Shown here one piece after another: positions 44,715 to 53,477 of a DNA stretch of 64,000 nt; position 1 is the first letter of the stretch, and every line of letters begins with the position of its first letter. The notes below the pieces were generated by a model. That model searched no databases and was not told the DNA's origin. It saw only the letters and a program-made list of their open reading frames with translations. Position numbers and translations under genes: made by a program. This DNA is from an uncultured Gammaproteobacteria bacterium (GTDB lineage: Bacteria > Patescibacteriota > Patescibacteriia > Patescibacteriales > UBA12465): NCBI GenBank assembly GCA_964355275.1, contig CAYHCB010000001.1, positions 99,424 to 163,423 on the forward strand. The letters are read 5' to 3'.

Positions 44715-45296
44715 TTATTTATTTAAAAATTGTATTGGTATAATTATTTTTTCATTTTTTTCTACTAAACCAGATGAATTATTTTTATTTATAAGCAAAT
44801 AGCCAGAGGTGGCCGAAGTTGTAAATTCAAGTAAAGCTTTAAACTCAATTAAATCGTTAGTTGCTAAATCGTCTTCAGTTGAAGCCTGTGCCTTAGTAAT
44901 TAACTTATTTTTATCGTCTAACAATATAATATCTAACATATTATCAGAGAACCAATTGACACTGACGCTTCCCTTGACTACAAACGGACTGTTAACTAAA
45001 GTGTTTGGCTGAGGACTTAAAATAATTGCCTGAGCAGTTTTATCTGTTTGTTCTAAACTTGTAGTCGACGCTTGAGATATTAAATTTTTTGCAGTTGAGG
45101 CCGTTTCTTCTTTTTTAATATCTTCTAATTTATTTATTTGGCATGACTCAGTTGGTTTTGGCGAGCTAGGATTACCATGCTTAACCCAAGGGGTGCCATC
45201 ACAAATCCAATTATCTTCTTTAGAGAAAATTCTAAGAAATAAAGCTGTTAAAAATATAATAGCTAAAATAAAATAAAGAAAATTCTTTTTTACCAT
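44715..45296 (-). CDS. membrane-anchored/secreted protein with C-terminal Ig-like (Gmad2-like) domain
   Basis: N-terminal TM. The C-terminal ~100 aa (ILSPQPNTLVNSPFVVKGS...) resemble Gmad2-type Ig-like domains (recognition from memory). Confidence 0.5.
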   Translation of the reverse strand: MVKKNFLYFILAIIFLTALFLRIFSKEDNWICDGTPWVKHGNPSSPKPTESCQINKLEDIKKEETASTAKNLISQASTTSLEQTDKTAQAIILSPQPNTLVNSPFVVKGSVSVNWFSDNMLDIILLDDKNKLITKAQASTEDDLATNDLIEFKALLEFTTSATSGYLLINKNNSSGLVEKNEKIIIPIQFLNK

Positions 45297-45300
45297 ATCT

Positions 45301-45462
45301 TTAATTATTATAATCTTCTTGTTTAGTCTTTCTTTTTCTGGTATACGCTTTTTTATCCTTATAAACTTGTTTTATGGGAATTAAATTGAGAGATCTTTTG
45401 GTAATAATTTTTAGATTGTCCTTTTGATTGATTTCTATCTTTATTGTTTTAATTTTAGCCAT
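45301..45462 (-). CDS. unannotated small basic ORF (53 aa), possibly translationally coupled to the downstream gene
   Basis: ATG at 45462 and TAA at 45301-45303, 4 nt before the next ATG (45296). A TATAAT lies about 35 nt upstream. Below the ORF-track size cutoff. Confidence 0.3.
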   Translation of the reverse strand: MAKIKTIKIEINQKDNLKIITKRSLNLIPIKQVYKDKKAYTRKRKTKQEDYNN

Positions 45463-45499
45463 ACAATTTAAGGTTTAATCTTATATAATATTATACCTT

Positions 45500-45527
45500 A
45501 AAAAAACGGACCGGAAAACCCGGCCCG
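45500..45527 (-). terminator. GC-rich Rho-independent terminator after the folC-like gene
   Basis: Minus strand CGGGCCGG / CCGGTCCG stem (one G-U) followed by T7. Confidence 0.75.
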
Positions 45528-45533
45528 AATTGT

Positions 45534-46877
45534 TTATTGAATTTTCTTAAACAAGGGGCGGAGTTCACCAGAAAGAAACATTGAGCCTGTTACTAAAATT
45601 AAATCGTTACGTTTGGCATTTTTTCTGGTCCAGGCTAAGGCAGCTAGAGGATCTAGAAAAGAAGCAACGTTTAAATTATTTTGTATTTTCAAAGATGAGT
45701 TCATTAATTTTTTAGGGTCAGCTGTTTTACGAAAAATGTTTTTTGTAAATCTTGTACAAGCCACTGATTTTGGTTTTAAAGTTAAAAGTTCCTTTAAAAA
45801 AGTAGAGTGATCTTTATTATCAGAAAAACCAACTAGTAAATGAAGGTTATCATACTTTTTACTAAGATTCTTAACGCCTAAAATAGTGGCCTTAACTTTA
45901 TCAGCATTATGAGCGCCATCTAAAATTATATAAGGCTTCTCGCTAACAACCTCAAAACGAATAGGAAATTCAGTGGCCATCAAACCTTTCTTTATTGAGT
46001 CTTCGCTAACACCTAATTTTTTAGTAGCCGCAATCGCTATTTTAGCATTATCAATTTGATGATAACCTAAATTATTTAAATGATAAGAAACACCATCGAT
46101 TTTAAAATCAGTGCCGCTCCAAGTTTGCTTAGTAATTGTGCCACTTTTATCGCCATATCTATCAGTCTCCACCTCTTCAAATGATAAAGCTTTTTTATTT
46201 TTGGCAACCTTTTCTATAATTTTAACTAATTTATGATTATGTTCGGCGGTAAAAACACTACAACCCTTGGTTATTATACCTGATTTATTTTCCGCAATTT
46301 TTTCTTTGGTGTTTCCCAAAATACTAATATGATCTAATCCAATATTAGTAATGATGGCCACGTCTTTGTAGGGGATAACATTGGTTCCATCATGTTTTCC
46401 GCCGCAAGTTACTTCTAAAACAGCATAGTCAACTTTATTTTTAGCAAAATAATAAAGAGCGATGATAGTGTTTAAACTAACCATTGAAGGAAATGTGTAA
46501 TTAGCCGTATGAATATAATTATCCCAAATCGGTTTTAAATCAGTAACCATTTCAATGAATTCTTTTTCCGACATTGAATGATTATTTATTTGCCAGCGTT
46601 CCGTGATATTAGTGGGATGTGGTGAAGTAACAAGACCAACCTTAAAACCTTGTGCTCGCAAAATTTGACTAACCATCATTGACACCGACCCCTTACCACT
46701 AGTACCGGTAACATGAATATAATGAGGAATTTTAAGTTCCGGACTACCGGCCATCTTCAGCATTAAACGAACACCCCTAATAATAGTTGGAGTATTTTGC
46801 CAATTATTCTTACCTTTATAAAGACGAGGTAAGTTATGTAATGAATCAAAATACTCGTAAGCCTCTTGATAAGTCAT
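45534..46877 (-). CDS. folC: folylpolyglutamate synthase / Mur ligase family protein
   Basis: P-loop HVTGTSGKGS, Mur-ligase middle and C-terminal domain pattern (DGAHN). Confidence 0.8.
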   Translation of the reverse strand: MTYQEAYEYFDSLHNLPRLYKGKNNWQNTPTIIRGVRLMLKMAGSPELKIPHYIHVTGTSGKGSVSMMVSQILRAQGFKVGLVTSPHPTNITERWQINNHSMSEKEFIEMVTDLKPIWDNYIHTANYTFPSMVSLNTIIALYYFAKNKVDYAVLEVTCGGKHDGTNVIPYKDVAIITNIGLDHISILGNTKEKIAENKSGIITKGCSVFTAEHNHKLVKIIEKVAKNKKALSFEEVETDRYGDKSGTITKQTWSGTDFKIDGVSYHLNNLGYHQIDNAKIAIAATKKLGVSEDSIKKGLMATEFPIRFEVVSEKPYIILDGAHNADKVKATILGVKNLSKKYDNLHLLVGFSDNKDHSTFLKELLTLKPKSVACTRFTKNIFRKTADPKKLMNSSLKIQNNLNVASFLDPLAALAWTRKNAKRNDLILVTGSMFLSGELRPLFKKIQ

Positions 46878-46898
46878 AAACGTATTTAGAGATAAATA

Positions 46899-47255
46899 TT
46901 AGCGACTTGCCTCCCCTTCATCCTTAAGCAAGGAATTGGTAAGAAGTGAGCCGAGCCATAAAAAAATTGATAAAAAAACTGCTGATAGAAAACCATCAAC
47001 CTGAAAGCCTTTGACAAAACTAGCCACAAACATAACTAGTGAACCATTAATCACTAAAGTAAAAAGGCCAAGTGTTAAAATGTTTATTGGCAAGGTAAGT
47101 AATATTATAACCGGTCTAATTAAAGCATTAATCAAACCTAAAACCACCGCAGTGATTAAAGCCGCGTAAAAACTATTAAGCTCAACGCCACTTATTATAT
47201 AAGAAGCCAGTAGTAGAAAGAAGGCATTTATTAATAACCTTAAAACTAATTTCAT
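46899..47255 (-). CDS. small 4-TM membrane protein (phage holin family 4 / YvlD-like)
   Basis: 118 aa with the motif LINALIRPVIILLTLPINILTLGLF, typical of this family. Confidence 0.7.
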   Translation of the reverse strand: MKLVLRLLINAFFLLLASYIISGVELNSFYAALITAVVLGLINALIRPVIILLTLPINILTLGLFTLVINGSLVMFVASFVKGFQVDGFLSAVFLSIFLWLGSLLTNSLLKDEGEASR

Positions 47256-47364
47256 AAATTTTAATAATTAATTTAACTGCTATATTTTAGCATACATAAG
47301 GTTTTTTTTTAAGATAGTCCTTATTTTTAAATTAAAATTATCCCTATTTTTAAAACGGCGCCAG

Positions 47365-47438
47365 TGGTCACTCGCGGGCTCGAACCGCGGACCTCTGCAA
47401 TGTGAATGCAGCGCTCTAACCAGCTGAGCTAAGTAACC
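47365..47438 (-). tRNA. tRNA-Val (anticodon CAC)
   Basis: Hand-folded 74-nt cloverleaf: acceptor GGTTACT/AGTGACC, D stem GCTC/GAGC, anticodon stem CTGCA/TGCAG with loop TTCACAA, T arm CGCGG-TTCGAGC-CCGCG. No encoded CCA. Confidence 0.9.
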
Positions 47439-47469
47439 TAAATAACTTAGATTTCAAAAACCTGGTGAC

Positions 47470-47498
47470 ATAATAGCCGATTATTTTATTTTTTACAA
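47470..47498 (-). promoter_or_regulatory. putative tRNA-Val promoter
   Basis: Minus strand TTGTAA (47493-47498), 17-nt spacer, TATTAT (47470-47475). Confidence 0.4.
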
Positions 47499-47587
47499 CA
47501 GTCAAAAAATCCAGTTTTTATCTTATAAATAACCAGATTTAATGATTTACAATTTTGTTGAAATATTTTAAACAATAAATATTTAAA

Positions 47588-49432
47588 TTATCCATTATAA
47601 ATTTCCATTACGCAATTATCACAATCAAATTTTAAAGGATATTTTTTACCATTATAAACTAAAGACAAGGGCCCCTTAAGAAGATTGGCTCCTTTCTTAC
47701 TGCGACGAGGACAAGCGTGCATAGCATAACGCAAACAATGTTTAGTTGTCATTAACTTTTTTGAAGAAGCGTTACTAGTAATTTCTAAAGCCTCCTCTTT
47801 AACTAAACTTTTATGTCTAGTATAAAAAGCTTTAGCTAAATCATTAGATATATTATAAGAATAATCTAATTCTTTAATAGGATAAGGATGTGAAGTTAAT
47901 TTAAGCTTAGAAATTTCTCGAGGATAATTTTCTAAACGCGAAGCTAATAATAAATCAATCAACTGACGACGCCAATTATTAAGAATACTAATCGGCACAA
48001 AACATGGCTGCGACCAATTAAACTTTACCTCGCCAACTCTAAAAATAGTGTCCCCTGTTTTACTAAGTTGTTGTCGCCAATTCTCTTTGGCTTGATCAGT
48101 TTTCTCAGCAGCAACCTTATCCGCCACAATATTTAATTCTACTTTATTGCTATTTTCATCAATAGCACTAATTAACCAACCAGTGTCCAGCTCTTTAACC
48201 CCAATATTAAACAGAATACTTCTAGCTGCTCCGCTTACTACCGCTTTCTCAAAAGCCTGATCTTGATTACAATAAATAAGGGTGCCCGGTTTAAGTGGTA
48301 TCCATTTATTAGGATATATTTTACCGTCACTTATTAAATTAACATTTGTCCCATTTAATTGACCACGACTATTAAACCAACAAAGACCATCACCATTACT
48401 TAATTTAAATGGAGAATCTAATGTAAAATAACGATGGTCAACTCGTTTTACTTTTCCGATATATTTCCCTAAAGATTTTTGATTTTCTGGAGAAACGATA
48501 TCTGGTTGTCTGCCATGTAAAAAATAATCAGTATAACCACGATTAAAAGTCTTAGCTAAATCAGGAACAAAATTAGTAACAGTTTCCCCGCTTGAAGCTC
48601 GCTCAAATCGACCAGCACTAGAATTAATTATTTTATCTAATTCCACTCGATACTTAGCCACTACATTAGTCACGTAAACTGAATCCTTTAAGCGACCCTC
48701 TATTTTAAAAGAGGTAATTCCTGCTTCACTTAATTCACCTAAAGAATTAATAAGATTTAAATCTTTTGGTGATAATAAATATTGGTCTTTAGCTAGCTCT
48801 ACACCCGCCCCATCAACAAGAGAAAACGGCAAACGACAAACTTGCTGACAGCGGCCGCGATTAGCACTTCTGCCAGATAAAGCTTCGCTAAAATAACATT
48901 GTCCAGAAAAAGAAACACACAATGAGCCGTGAACAAAAAATTCTAACTCAACTTTAGTCTTATTTCTAATTTCGGTAATTTCCGTTAAACTAAGTTCCCT
49001 TGCTAAAATTATTCGAGAAAATCCAGTCTTTTCTAAAAATTTTATCTGATTTAAATTATAATTATTTGTTTGTGTACTAGCGTGAATTGGAATTGGCGGC
49101 AGATCCATTTCCAAAATCCCCATATCTTGAATAATTAAAGCATCAACACCAAGTTCATACGCTTGCCAAATAGCGTCGTGAACCGCCGCCGTTTCTTCAT
49201 TAAAAAATATGGTATTTAAGGTTAAATAAACTTTAACGTAGTATTTATGGGCAAATTCAACTAATTCGGCGATATCCTTCCAAGAATTACTCGCCGCCGA
49301 TCTAGCACCAAAACTAGGACCACCAATATAAACGGCATCAGCGCCAGCTAAAATAGCCAAACGGCCACTCTCAAGGTCGCGAGCTGGAGCTAAAAGCTCT
49401 AATTTAATTTTACTAATTTTTTGATTATTCAT
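47588..49432 (-). CDS. peptidase U32 family protein
   Basis: U32 signature EFFVHGSLCVSFSGQC, a TIM-barrel-like N-terminal half and a long C-terminal extension. Confidence 0.9.
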   Translation of the reverse strand: MNNQKISKIKLELLAPARDLESGRLAILAGADAVYIGGPSFGARSAASNSWKDIAELVEFAHKYYVKVYLTLNTIFFNEETAAVHDAIWQAYELGVDALIIQDMGILEMDLPPIPIHASTQTNNYNLNQIKFLEKTGFSRIILARELSLTEITEIRNKTKVELEFFVHGSLCVSFSGQCYFSEALSGRSANRGRCQQVCRLPFSLVDGAGVELAKDQYLLSPKDLNLINSLGELSEAGITSFKIEGRLKDSVYVTNVVAKYRVELDKIINSSAGRFERASSGETVTNFVPDLAKTFNRGYTDYFLHGRQPDIVSPENQKSLGKYIGKVKRVDHRYFTLDSPFKLSNGDGLCWFNSRGQLNGTNVNLISDGKIYPNKWIPLKPGTLIYCNQDQAFEKAVVSGAARSILFNIGVKELDTGWLISAIDENSNKVELNIVADKVAAEKTDQAKENWRQQLSKTGDTIFRVGEVKFNWSQPCFVPISILNNWRRQLIDLLLASRLENYPREISKLKLTSHPYPIKELDYSYNISNDLAKAFYTRHKSLVKEEALEITSNASSKKLMTTKHCLRYAMHACPRRSKKGANLLKGPLSLVYNGKKYPLKFDCDNCVMEIYNG

Positions 49433-49464
49433 GCTTTTATATTAAGGTTTTTACTTAAAAAAAG

Positions 49465-49494
49465 CAAATAAAAAAACCTTGCTGTTTGGCAAGG
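49465..49494 (-). terminator. terminator after the 141-aa ORF
   Basis: Minus strand CCTTGC / GCAAGG stem followed by TTTTTTTATTTGCTTTTTTT. Confidence 0.7.
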
Positions 49495-49513
49495 CTTCTT
49501 TTTTAGAAAAGTT

Positions 49514-49939
49514 TTAATTTTTTGGAAAAAAACCGGTAACAAGAGAAGTTTCCTTAGCAGGAAGCGGAAAATTAGCAAGATGCCTAGACCGAAAACTCTG
49601 GTCACACTGGCACTCTTCGGGGATACAATAAGCTAATTGACTAGCATCAATTTCCTGTGCTAATTCATCATGCTCTTCAACTTTTAACAAATAAAAACTC
49701 ATGAGTAAAGATAGGTGAATCTTATCTTCCTTATCAAGGATTTCGGGATTTGAAGCGCCGGGGTAATTTTTTTTAAAAAATTCCTGCACCTCTTTCTCCG
49801 TTTTATTGTTAGAAGCGGCCAAGTCTCCAAGTACGGACATAAAGTCCACGCCAGTTACGTGCAATAAACTGTTATTTAAAGAGCGTAAATGGAGTATTTG
49901 TTCATAAGATAATTCGATGTTTTCCATAGTTTTTTTCAT
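49514..49939 (-). CDS. hypothetical protein (141 aa)
   Basis: Clean ORF with its own promoter and terminator. No recognisable motif. Confidence 0.6.
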   Translation of the reverse strand: MKKTMENIELSYEQILHLRSLNNSLLHVTGVDFMSVLGDLAASNNKTEKEVQEFFKKNYPGASNPEILDKEDKIHLSLLMSFYLLKVEEHDELAQEIDASQLAYCIPEECQCDQSFRSRHLANFPLPAKETSLVTGFFPKN

Positions 49940-49955
49940 GATTTATTTGTTTTTA

Positions 49956-50003
49956 GGTGGTTACCGCGACTACCTTTTTAAAAAGAAGTCCTGGTAACCA
50001 ACC
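49956..50003 (-). promoter_or_regulatory. long imperfect hairpin in the 5' leader of the 141-aa ORF
   Basis: GGTTGGTTACC...GGTAACCACC outer arms plus inner GACT/AGTC and T5/A5 pairs, about 20 bp in total. Ends about 16 nt before the ATG. Confidence 0.35.
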
Positions 50004-50051
50004 AAACTTTAAATTTCATTTTTTATTTATCTGTTAAATAACTGTCTCTTC

Positions 50052-50080
50052 ATACTAGAGCTTGCGCAAACTTTAGTCAA
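50052..50080 (-). promoter_or_regulatory. putative promoter of the 141-aa ORF
   Basis: Minus strand TTGACT (50075-50080), 17-nt spacer, TAGTAT (50052-50057), immediately 3' of tRNA-Leu. Confidence 0.5.
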
Positions 50081-50091
50081 TATATCAAAAG

Positions 50092-50175
50092 TGCCCAAAG
50101 AGGGACTCGAACCCTCACAGGATTACTCCAACAGCGACCTGAACGCTGCGTGTCTACCAATTTCACCATTTGGGC
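50092..50175 (-). tRNA. tRNA-Leu (anticodon CAG), long variable arm
   Basis: Hand-folded 84-nt cloverleaf: acceptor GCCCAAA/TTTGGGC, anticodon stem CAGCG/CGCTG with loop TTCAGGT, 15-nt variable arm, T arm GAGGG-TTCGAGT-CCCTC. No encoded CCA. Confidence 0.9.
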
Positions 50176-50226
50176 TAATACCTGAAGTCTGTCATAACCC
50201 CAGATAAAAAACAAGATTATACTTTA

Positions 50227-50781
50227 CTAAAGATTAAAACTACGTAACTTGCGTCGGCGATCCTTATAATCAGGAATTGTTTTCTCAACTAAAGCCCAAA
50301 ATTTTGGTGAATGATTCATTTCCTGAAGATGACACAATTCATGAACCGCCACATAGTCTAAAAGACTTTCTGGCAGTAGTGCTAAACGGCAATTAAAATT
50401 TAAAGCTCCTTGTCTAGAACAACTTCCCCAGCGAGTTTTTTGATCACGAACTGATAAACTTTTATATTTTAAACCATAATAACTATTAAAAAATTCTAGT
50501 CTCGCTATAATTAAATGAGCCGCTCGGTGTTTTAAAATAACTAAGTCATTTTTAGAGACTACTAGTGGTGGAGTATAATTTTTAGTGACTTTTAAATTTT
50601 TTATTATCCAAGTTGCTTTAGCTTTAATAAATTGTTCAATAAAAATAAACGGCACAAAAACTGGTTTAATCACCTTTAAGCCGTTTACGCCAATTTCAAT
50701 TCTCATCTTTCTCGCTTGACGACTGGAAGATAGTTCGTATTCAATCTCCTGCCCTGCTAAATTAATCATTCGCTTAGTCAT
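50227..50781 (-). CDS. M48-like zinc metallopeptidase (DUF45/YgjP family)
   Basis: HELCHLQEMNHSPKFW (HExxH...H) in the typical position, 184 aa. Confidence 0.85.
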   Translation of the reverse strand: MTKRMINLAGQEIEYELSSSRQARKMRIEIGVNGLKVIKPVFVPFIFIEQFIKAKATWIIKNLKVTKNYTPPLVVSKNDLVILKHRAAHLIIARLEFFNSYYGLKYKSLSVRDQKTRWGSCSRQGALNFNCRLALLPESLLDYVAVHELCHLQEMNHSPKFWALVEKTIPDYKDRRRKLRSFNL

Positions 50782-50852
50782 ATAGGTAGTATAACGAAAA
50801 TTCGCTGTAAAAGGAAAAATATGCTAAATTTCTCATATAAATACTTAACATA

Positions 50853-51473
50853 ATGTTAAACCTCGAAACTGAAAAAAAAATCTTTGACTTAGGTTATAAA
50901 TTTATCGCTGGCGTCGATGAGGCTGGTCGCGGACCACTAGCTGGCCCAGTAGTAGCTGCTTGTGTAATCATTGATTCTAATTTTAGAATCGATAGTGACG
51001 AGCTTAAATTAGTAACTGATTCAAAAAAACTAAGCGCCAAAAAACGTGAGCAGCTTTTTAAAATTATCAAAGAAAAAGCTACAGCGGTAGAAATTAGCGT
51101 TGTTAGTCATACAGTAATTGATAAAATAAATATCTTACAAGCTAGTTTGCTAGCAATGAAAAAGGCCACGGAGGCTTGCAAGATAAAACCTGACTTTGTT
51201 TTAATTGATGGCAATCAAATGATTCCTAAATTAAATATCACCCAAAAGACAATTATATCGGGTGATTCTTTTGTTTTTTGTATTGCCGCCGCTTCAATCA
51301 TTGCCAAGGTGAGCCGTGATTATTTAATAACCGAACTTGATAAAATTTATCCGGAATATCAATTTGCCAAACATAAAGGTTACGGCACAAAATTACATCT
51401 AGAAAAATTAAAAGAATATGGACCTTGCAAAATTCATCGTAAAAGTTTTAAACCTGTTAAAGATTTACTCTAA
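50853..51473 (+). CDS. rnhB: ribonuclease HII
   Basis: GVDEAGRGPLAGPVV, DSKKLS, and a C-terminal HKGYGT-like motif. Confidence 0.95.
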   Translation: MLNLETEKKIFDLGYKFIAGVDEAGRGPLAGPVVAACVIIDSNFRIDSDELKLVTDSKKLSAKKREQLFKIIKEKATAVEISVVSHTVIDKINILQASLLAMKKATEACKIKPDFVLIDGNQMIPKLNITQKTIISGDSFVFCIAAASIIAKVSRDYLITELDKIYPEYQFAKHKGYGTKLHLEKLKEYGPCKIHRKSFKPVKDLL

Positions 51474-51513
51474 AAAATGCTTCTCCGTTAGTTAACGAAT
51501 GAAGCATTTTTTT
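51472..51513. terminator. bidirectional terminator (rnhB / typA convergent)
   Basis: AATGCTTC / GAAGCATT stem with an inner CGTTA/TAACG extension, flanked by A5 and T7. Confidence 0.75.
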
Positions 51514-51526
51514 ATTTCAAATTTAT

Positions 51527-53314
51527 TTATTTTCTAGTAGATCTAACTCGATCATTTTCTGTTAAAAATTGTTTACGTAAACGAACACTCTTAGGGGTAA
51601 CTTCTAAATATTCATCAGAGTTCATAATACTTAAACCGCGTTCCAGCGTTACTTCCCAAGGTGGAGTTAAACTAATAGCTTCGTCAGAACCGGAGGCTCT
51701 AACGTTAGTTAATTTCTTTCCCTTAACCGGATTAACCGCCATATCATTGCCTTTGGCCACATTACCGATTACTTGACCTTCATAAACTTCAACGTTAGGT
51801 TGAATATAAATAACACCACGATCCTGTAAATTCCAAAGGGCAAAAGCTGCTACTTTTCCGGTAATCATAGAAATCATGGAACCTAATTGGCTACGTTCTA
51901 TTTCTCCAACATATGGTTTAAAGCCTAAAAAATGAGAACACAAGATTCCTTCACCACGAGTATCAACTACGAATTCATTACGATAACCTAAAATACCACG
52001 AGTCGGTATTTCAAAAATTAAACGACTTTGTCCATTATGACTTTTGAGATCGGTCATTTGTCCCTTACGACGAGACATTTTCTCAATCACAATCCCCGAA
52101 CAAGAATCAGGAATATCAATAGTAATTTCCTCAAATGGTTCAAGCTTTGCGCCATCTACTTCTTTAATAATAACCTCTGGTTGAGAAACTTGCATTTCAT
52201 AACCTTCACGACGCATATTTTCAAGTAAAATGGCGACGTGTAATTCACCGCGACCATAAACTTTAGTAAAATTATTGTCAGAAAAATCTACTTTCAAGCC
52301 AACGTTAACTTCTAATTCCTTTTCTAAACGTTCTCTAATTTGACGATTAGTAACATATTTACCTTCACGTCCCGCAAAAGGTGAGCTATTTACTAAAAAA
52401 TTAAGACAAATTGTCGGTTCATCGATAGTAATAGCTGGTAATGGTTCTTGCTCAACAGTATCAGAAATAGTTTCGCCAATATACACATCTGGTAAACCGG
52501 CAACCATCACAATATCACCAGCCACCGCTTCTTGAATTTCCTGACGAGCTAGTCCAGCAAAAGTAAATAACTTTGTAGTTTTACCAGTTGTCATCGTACC
52601 ATCTGGTTCTTTAATATAAATATTTTGCGCTTGCTTAATGCTACCTTTATAAATACGACAAATAGCACAGCGACCTAAAAAATTATCATAGGCTAAATTA
52701 AAAGGTTGAGCCGCTAGAGTTAAAGTGGCCATCTCGGTAGTAGCCGCTGGCAACACGTGCTCAATAATTTTATTAAGTAGCGGGTCAAGATTCTCAGACT
52801 CATCTTCTAAATTTATTTTAGCAATACCCGCTCGACCGTTAGCATAAACCACCGGAAAATCTAATTGCTCATCAGACGCCCCTAAATCTAAAAATAACTC
52901 ATACACCATTTCCTGAACTTCAAGTGGACGAGCGGCTGGTTTATCAATTTTATTAATAACTACAATTGGTTTTAAACCTAATTCTAAAGATTTTTTTAAC
53001 ACAAATTTTGTTTGTGGCATTGGCCCTTCTTGGGCATCGACAATAAGCAGAACACAATCAATGGAACGTAAAATACGCTCTACTTCAGAACTAAAATCAG
53101 CGTGACCAGGAGTATCTACTATATTTATTTTGCTATCGTTATAAAAAAGACTACAATTTTTTGAATAAATTGTAATACCACGTTCTTGTTCTAGGTTATT
53201 GCTATCCATACTGGCACCAGCTTCGGTCATACCATTCTGTCGCAATAAGGCATCTGTTAGAGTTGTTTTGCCATGATCCACGTGAGCAATAATGGCGATG
53301 TTTCTAATTTCCAT
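51527..53314 (-). CDS. typA: translational GTPase TypA/BipA
   Basis: MEIRNIAIIAHVDHGKTTL, DTPGHADF, NKID and the BipA C-terminal domain. Start moved to the internal ATG matching the family N-terminus. Confidence 0.95.
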   Translation of the reverse strand: MEIRNIAIIAHVDHGKTTLTDALLRQNGMTEAGASMDSNNLEQERGITIYSKNCSLFYNDSKINIVDTPGHADFSSEVERILRSIDCVLLIVDAQEGPMPQTKFVLKKSLELGLKPIVVINKIDKPAARPLEVQEMVYELFLDLGASDEQLDFPVVYANGRAGIAKINLEDESENLDPLLNKIIEHVLPAATTEMATLTLAAQPFNLAYDNFLGRCAICRIYKGSIKQAQNIYIKEPDGTMTTGKTTKLFTFAGLARQEIQEAVAGDIVMVAGLPDVYIGETISDTVEQEPLPAITIDEPTICLNFLVNSSPFAGREGKYVTNRQIRERLEKELEVNVGLKVDFSDNNFTKVYGRGELHVAILLENMRREGYEMQVSQPEVIIKEVDGAKLEPFEEITIDIPDSCSGIVIEKMSRRKGQMTDLKSHNGQSRLIFEIPTRGILGYRNEFVVDTRGEGILCSHFLGFKPYVGEIERSQLGSMISMITGKVAAFALWNLQDRGVIYIQPNVEVYEGQVIGNVAKGNDMAVNPVKGKKLTNVRASGSDEAISLTPPWEVTLERGLSIMNSDEYLEVTPKSVRLRKQFLTENDRVRSTRK

Positions 53315-53410
53315 AGATGATTGAGTTATTTCCAGAAATCTATAAATTCCCAAAAGATAAATACACGACGTTTTTTCGTCGCGTAATTTTTAAATAATTA
53401 AGCTTTTGTT

Positions 53411-53439
53411 ATAATAATATATATAGCAATTTAAGTCAA
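53411..53439 (-). promoter_or_regulatory. putative typA promoter
   Basis: Minus strand TTGACT (53434-53439), 17-nt spacer, TATTAT (53411-53416). The leader contains an 8-bp hairpin at 53363-53384. Confidence 0.45.
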
Positions 53440-53477
53440 GCCAAAAAAGATTATATTTACTCAAAATTACTTATAAA

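Noticed and set aside
46899-47255. Holin-family-4-like gene as a sign of a prophage remnant next to tRNA-Val
   Set aside because: No integrase, lysin, capsid or other phage genes are present, there are no att-like repeats flanking the tRNA, and this family is common as a stand-alone membrane protein.
47365-49432. U32 peptidase adjacent to tRNA-Val, considered as a functional pair (U32-family TrhP hydroxylates U34 of some tRNAs)
   Set aside because: This tRNA has C34 (anticodon CAC), so it is not a substrate for U34 hydroxylation. The adjacency is probably coincidental.
49514-50781. tRNA-Leu flanked by an unknown ORF and a DUF45/M48 peptidase, considered as a possible integrated island or R-M remnant
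   Set aside because: There is no integrase, no direct repeat of the tRNA 3' end, no restriction or methylase genes and no visible compositional shift.
53315-53353. 13-codon extension of typA (MGIYRFLEITQSS)
   Set aside because: BipA/TypA family proteins start a few residues before the G1 motif. MEIRNIAIIAHVDHGKT fits and the extension does not.
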